A stretch of DNA of 64,000 nucleotides from a virus. Its lineage: Duplodnaviria > Heunggongvirae > Uroviricota > Caudoviricetes. Shown piece after piece: positions 59,755 through 64,000 of the stretch; position 1 is the stretch's first letter, and each line of letters opens with the position of its first letter. Where the stretch lies: positions 1 to 64,000 of the IMG/VR virus record IMGVR_UViG_3300049811_000196, one strand, 5' to 3'. The position numbers were made by a program, and so were the translations under genes. The notes beneath the pieces are model-generated. The model ran no database searches. It was given only the letters and a program-made list of their open reading frames with translations, and had not been told where the DNA came from.

Positions 59755-61029
59755 ATGAGTGAAAACATTTTAGAACAAGCATTGCTTCGTGTTGAAAAGC
59801 TCGAAGAGGCATTAAAGCAAAATGCAAAAGGTATACTTGGTTCAGTAATGAAACAAGAACTAAATGAATTGCTTAAAGAATCTATGGAAGAAGAGAACGA
59901 GGAAGAAACTCCGAGTTCTGAAGAAGAGGAAACAAAAGATGTGTCCGAACAACCAGCGGATGATGAAGAATCTGATGATGAAGAATCTGACGATACTGAA
60001 TCTGATGATACTGAAGACAGTACGGATGATAGTACAGACCTCGATAACGATAGTCTAGATAGTGATGACGATTCACTTGATGCTTCTGGTGATGAAGTTT
60101 CTTCTGGTGATGACGAATTTTCTTCTGGTGAAGATGAATTCTCTAGCGATGACGAATTTTCTTCTGGTGAAGATGAATTCTCTAGCGATGACGAATTTTC
60201 TTCTGAAGACGAAGATGATGTCATGGATATGACAGGAGCTTCCGATGATGAGGTATTAAAAGTCTTTAAAGCTATGAAACCAGAAGATGGAATTATAGTG
60301 AAAAAAGATGGTGAGGACATCGAACTAGATATGGAAGGAGATGAGTATATCATCAAGCTTGATGACGAAATGGACGATTCATCTGAAATGCCTTCTGAAA
60401 TGTCTGATGAGGAATTCTCTGAAGGTTCAGAATGGGGTGATGAAGAATTATCATCTTCTGATGACGAAGAACTTTATGAGGTTGAGCTCGAAGAAGAAGA
60501 TTCTGAAGAAGAACCAAAAAAAGGTAAAAAAATCGAAGCTTCCGAAGCGGCAAGAACAAAATGGAATCCTCATGGAGATAAAGGTGGTCAAAACAGAACT
60601 GGTTTAAAGAGTAAGAAAATGTTTAAGGCAGGTTCAGGATCTTTAAATGAAGAAGTTTCTAAGTTGAAAAAACAAAACAACGAATATAAAAAGGCGTTGG
60701 TTCTTTTCAAAGAGAAGCTAAACGAAGTCGCTGTTTTTAACGCTAGTCTCGCATATGCTACTAGATTATTCACAGAACATTCTACAACTAAAAAGGAGAA
60801 GCTTAACATTTTAAAGAGATTTGATAAGGCTTCTACTATGAATGAATCTAAGAATTTATATAACACAATAAAGACTGAATTGGAAACTAAAAAACCAGTG
60901 ACCGAAGCAGTTGTTGAAAAAATCTCTACCAATAAATCATCTTCTTCAAAAGAAGTTTTATCTGAAGCAAAAGCTTATGAAAGTCCTCAGTTAAAAAGAA
61001 TGAAGGATTTGATGAATAAAATAAAATAA
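59755..61029 (+). CDS. prohead scaffold protein (T4 gp22-like), highly acidic
   Basis: 424 aa. Long Asp/Glu/Ser repeats (DDEFSSGEDEFSS x3). Position between protease and capsid. Confidence 0.65.
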   Translation: MSENILEQALLRVEKLEEALKQNAKGILGSVMKQELNELLKESMEEENEEETPSSEEEETKDVSEQPADDEESDDEESDDTESDDTEDSTDDSTDLDNDSLDSDDDSLDASGDEVSSGDDEFSSGEDEFSSDDEFSSGEDEFSSDDEFSSEDEDDVMDMTGASDDEVLKVFKAMKPEDGIIVKKDGEDIELDMEGDEYIIKLDDEMDDSSEMPSEMSDEEFSEGSEWGDEELSSSDDEELYEVELEEEDSEEEPKKGKKIEASEAARTKWNPHGDKGGQNRTGLKSKKMFKAGSGSLNEEVSKLKKQNNEYKKALVLFKEKLNEVAVFNASLAYATRLFTEHSTTKKEKLNILKRFDKASTMNESKNLYNTIKTELETKKPVTEAVVEKISTNKSSSSKEVLSEAKAYESPQLKRMKDLMNKIK

Positions 61030-61053
61030 AATAAAACAAAAAAATAAAACAAA

Positions 61054-62775
61054 ATGGGAGCATTATTAGAATCAGGTATGGTTGGTAACATTGGCTTAAA
61101 GCACTTACGTGTTATCAAAGAAGATACCATTAAAAAATGGGATGAGTTAGGTTTCCTTGAGGGACTTGACGGTCATCAAAAAGATAACATTGCACAATTA
61201 TATGAGAACCAAGCCTCATATTTGATCAATGAAGCCGCAGTGGCTGACGCATCAGGTTCATTTGAAACTGTTGTGTTTCCAATCATTAGGAGAGTTTTCT
61301 CCAAATTATTGGCGAATGACATCGTATCTGTACAAGCCATGAACTTACCAATTGGTAAATTGTTCTACTTTGTACCTAAAATTCAGGACAGAAATGCGGG
61401 AGCTCACTGGTCACCATATGGTTATCCAAGTGTATCAACTAACCCAGCAGAAGGTTATACTGATGTAAGAAACCTTTATGATCGTTTCTATGAGCAATCA
61501 GATGATGCCGATCAAGGTCTTTTCGACTACTCAAAAGGTGATTATACCACAGTATCTTTAACAGGTACGTCACTTGTTACTTTCTCTAGTGGTGTTGAAA
61601 GTGCATTTACTGGTGCAACTGGTACATCATTAAGTTCTGTAATTCTTAAACTTACTGGTTTTTCAAAATTAGGTCAAGGAAAATTAGCTGGTCCTGACGG
61701 TAACGAAATGGATACAGAAGAATTCTTGGCTTCATTACAAGTAAGTTCTGCACAAGTACAGGGTGGAGCATCATTACCATTCAATGTGGTAACACAAAAA
61801 TATGGTAAAGGTATCGTAGCATACGGACAAAAATCCGCAGGTACTAATGGAAACTTATTCCAAGACATCTGTGATGAAGACGGTGTTATCTATTTAAATG
61901 TTGATTTAGAAAGTTACAATAGTGCATCAGGTTTTACTAGTTACACAGTTACTGGTTCAACATTAATTGGTACTGACTTCGTTGCAACATATCGTAGATA
62001 TGATACCTTAGAATTCGAAGATCAAATTGGTGAGGTTTCTTTCGATTTGGAATCTGTAACGGTTTCCGTAACTGAAAGAAAACTTAGAGCAACCTGGTCT
62101 CCTGAATTAGCTCAAGACGTTAGTGCATTCCACAACATCGATGCTGAGGCAGAATTAACAGCTCTTCTTTCTGAGCAAATCGCAGCAGAAGTTGACCGTG
62201 AAATTCTTCGTGACCTTAGAAAAGGTGCGGCATGGAAAGCTAAGTGGGATTACAACGAATGGAAGTATGGTAACGGTGGATCAGCATATGTTGGTTACAC
62301 TCAAAAAGACTGGAACCAAACGTTAATCACCAAGATTAACCAACTTTCAGCTCAAATCCATAAAACAACCTTGAGGGGTGGAGCTAACTGGATCGTTGTT
62401 TCTTCTGAAGTTTCAGCGGTATTCGATGACTTAGAGTATTTCCACGTATCAAACGCTCATCCTGAGCAAGATCAATACAACATGGGTATTGAGAAAATTG
62501 GTACTCTCGCTGGTAGATATCAAGTTTATCGTGACCCTTACTTCCCAGCAGGTAAGATTTTGATCGGACATAAAGGTAAATCATTGCTTGATGCTGGTTA
62601 TGTATACGCACCATATGTGCCATTACAATTAACCCCAACAATGTTCAATCCGTTCAACTTCACACCCATTAAGGGTATCATGACCCGATACGCTAAAAAG
62701 ATGGTTAACAACCGTTATTTCGCGGTTATCGATGTCAAAGGTATCGTAACATACGATTTGAATACCTTGAGATAA
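61054..62775 (+). CDS. major capsid protein (T4 gp23-like)
   Basis: C-terminal LLDAGYVYAPYVPLQLTPTMFNPFNFTPIKGIMTRYAKKMVNNRYFAVIDVKGI parallels gp23 DAGIYYAPYVALTPL...FKTRYG...YFRRVYVKGI. 573 aa. Confidence 0.9.
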   Translation: MGALLESGMVGNIGLKHLRVIKEDTIKKWDELGFLEGLDGHQKDNIAQLYENQASYLINEAAVADASGSFETVVFPIIRRVFSKLLANDIVSVQAMNLPIGKLFYFVPKIQDRNAGAHWSPYGYPSVSTNPAEGYTDVRNLYDRFYEQSDDADQGLFDYSKGDYTTVSLTGTSLVTFSSGVESAFTGATGTSLSSVILKLTGFSKLGQGKLAGPDGNEMDTEEFLASLQVSSAQVQGGASLPFNVVTQKYGKGIVAYGQKSAGTNGNLFQDICDEDGVIYLNVDLESYNSASGFTSYTVTGSTLIGTDFVATYRRYDTLEFEDQIGEVSFDLESVTVSVTERKLRATWSPELAQDVSAFHNIDAEAELTALLSEQIAAEVDREILRDLRKGAAWKAKWDYNEWKYGNGGSAYVGYTQKDWNQTLITKINQLSAQIHKTTLRGGANWIVVSSEVSAVFDDLEYFHVSNAHPEQDQYNMGIEKIGTLAGRYQVYRDPYFPAGKILIGHKGKSLLDAGYVYAPYVPLQLTPTMFNPFNFTPIKGIMTRYAKKMVNNRYFAVIDVKGIVTYDLNTLR

Positions 62776-62800
62776 TCTTTGATTATCTTTTAATAAAAAA

Positions 62801-62824
62801 CCCTGAGAATTCTCAGGGTTTTTT
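62801..62824. terminator. bidirectional rho-independent terminator
   Basis: A-run, ccctgagaattctcaggg, T-run. Covers the stop of the minus-strand endonuclease gene. Confidence 0.7.
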
Positions 62825-63862
62825 ATTTGTATAAATATATTTTAATAAACCACAGTCCCATATTTTTTCACACCCAATCAAATTAACCATTTCACTTTCC
62901 GACATATTTTCATTTAATAAATTTGGGTGCTTCTTAAGTAGATTTTTTTTTCTGAAATTAAATTTATGCATTCTTTTATTTCTACTTATTTTACCGTTAA
63001 CATACTTATAATCTGGTTTATTTATTGAACTCAGATTAAATCCAAGTTTAGTGTATAAGTTATTCTCATGATCTGGTGTCCATCTAATATCAGCAAAGCT
63101 AATCACATCTTTTTTTAAATTATTTTTCAAAAAATATTTAAACATTTTTGACGATAGACCAATACATCTATAATTAATATTTGTTGCATATCGTACCAGC
63201 TCCCAATGAGTGTTTTTGTCTAAAAATGACATAACACCAACAATGTTATCATCATAATAAGCCCCATAATTTATTGTTGTTGCGGGTGAACTACCTTGTA
63301 AATGATTTTTATTTAAAAAAATATCGGCAATGTCTTTATTTATTTTTTTTATTACAGTCAATCTACCGTATATTTTCGGCGAATAATTCTTTTTTATTAT
63401 ATGGAGTATTTTTATAATGCAAATTTCTTTATTATGTGTCCATTCATCTTCGAATATTTGATATAACTTAATTCCTCTTTCTTTAGCCAATTTATATTTG
63501 TTTAAATGATAATTTTTATCTTTTCCCATTTTTTCTGTGTGGTAATATAATCCATTATACTCAAATGCGATATTTAGATCCGGCACATATACATCCAATT
63601 CAACACCATTTAATTCTTTTTTACTATTATTAATAACGTTATACCCGTTTTTTTCAATAAGTTCAGTAATTTCAATTTGTGCCGATGATGTAAAGTTATT
63701 TTTTACATATTTTAAACTATTTTCGTATGTAATTTTTAATTTATCGGTTGTTTGATTTGACACAAACTTTGAACCTAAGTACTTAATCTTATAGTCCGTC
63801 AATGTTAACCCATGTTTCAATAAATGTTTATTATTAACGTATTTTAATTTTTCTCCACACAC
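62813..63862 (-). CDS. DUF559/Vsr-like (PD-(D/E)XK) putative homing endonuclease
   Basis: ELDVYVPDLNIAFEYNGLYYH...KLAKERGIKLYQIFEDEW. Confidence 0.6.
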   Translation of the reverse strand: MCGEKLKYVNNKHLLKHGLTLTDYKIKYLGSKFVSNQTTDKLKITYENSLKYVKNNFTSSAQIEITELIEKNGYNVINNSKKELNGVELDVYVPDLNIAFEYNGLYYHTEKMGKDKNYHLNKYKLAKERGIKLYQIFEDEWTHNKEICIIKILHIIKKNYSPKIYGRLTVIKKINKDIADIFLNKNHLQGSSPATTINYGAYYDDNIVGVMSFLDKNTHWELVRYATNINYRCIGLSSKMFKYFLKNNLKKDVISFADIRWTPDHENNLYTKLGFNLSSINKPDYKYVNGKISRNKRMHKFNFRKKNLLKKHPNLLNENMSESEMVNLIGCEKIWDCGLLKYIYTNKKP

Positions 63863-64000
63863 TTTACAAGTAACAAAATCATGTTTTAATTCTTTCTCTC
63901 TTTTCTGTTGAAGGATATGAACATTAAAATACTTCCCATATTTAGGATATTGTTCAATAAAATCCGTTACAGAACCGTGTTCTTTCTGAATATGTTTTGT

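Noticed and set aside
59730-60356. 208-aa Ser-rich minus-strand ORF, and ORFs 59864..60076
   Set aside because: Antisense of the acidic gp22-like scaffold gene. Compositional artefact.
1-64000. CRISPR array
   Set aside because: No regularly spaced direct repeats. The repeated ggattcgaacc-like motifs are tRNA T-arms.
1-64000. Global stop-codon recoding implied by the CUA tRNA
   Set aside because: Capsid, portal and terminase ORFs are intact under code 11. TAG ends at least two genes in this window.

Overview
AT-rich segment of a large T4-like (Straboviridae-type) myophage genome. Window 49-63 kb holds a head-morphogenesis module whose products resemble T4 proteins by eye. These are a gp17-like large terminase, a gp20-like portal split by a 387-aa HNH-type intein, a gp21-like prohead protease, an acidic gp22-like scaffold and a gp23-like major capsid protein. 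Window 13.9-37.9 kb is a ~24-kb minus-strand tRNA island. I count ~25 well-formed tRNAs covering all 20 amino acids, mostly with T at anticodon position 34, including three CAT tRNAs. One tRNA has a CUA (amber-reading) anticodon. One tRNA gene is split by a ~300-nt intron. Several tRNA-like genes are degenerate or interrupted. Four free-standing HNH and three DUF559/Vsr-like homing-endonuclease genes are interspersed, and their 3' ends abut or overlap tRNA 5' ends. tRNA-metabolism accessory genes sit around the island: a CCA-adding enzyme, a HAD-like phosphatase, a metallophosphoesterase, a DUF2493 protein (SLOG-fold domain family), and a minimal class-II aaRS-like ligase. A ClpC-like AAA+ ATPase gene is fractured into two ORFs by an atypically split mini-intein (38-aa N-part, 123-aa C-part). 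A free-standing DUF559 endonuclease gene lies between the two halves, and Hsp20 lies next to it. Other content: a lysis-like cassette (peptidoglycan-binding protein, NlpC/P60 peptidase, membrane protein), an SPFH/flotillin-like protein, beta-helix and DUF4082 host-recognition-type proteins with Pro/Thr-rich linkers, a KTSC protein paired with a Pol-beta-type nucleotidyltransferase, and many rho-independent terminators. Five ORF-free islands with locally elevated GC are unexplained. Everything is hand-annotated from motifs; tRNA coordinates are accurate to a few nt and need tRNAscan/Infernal confirmation.
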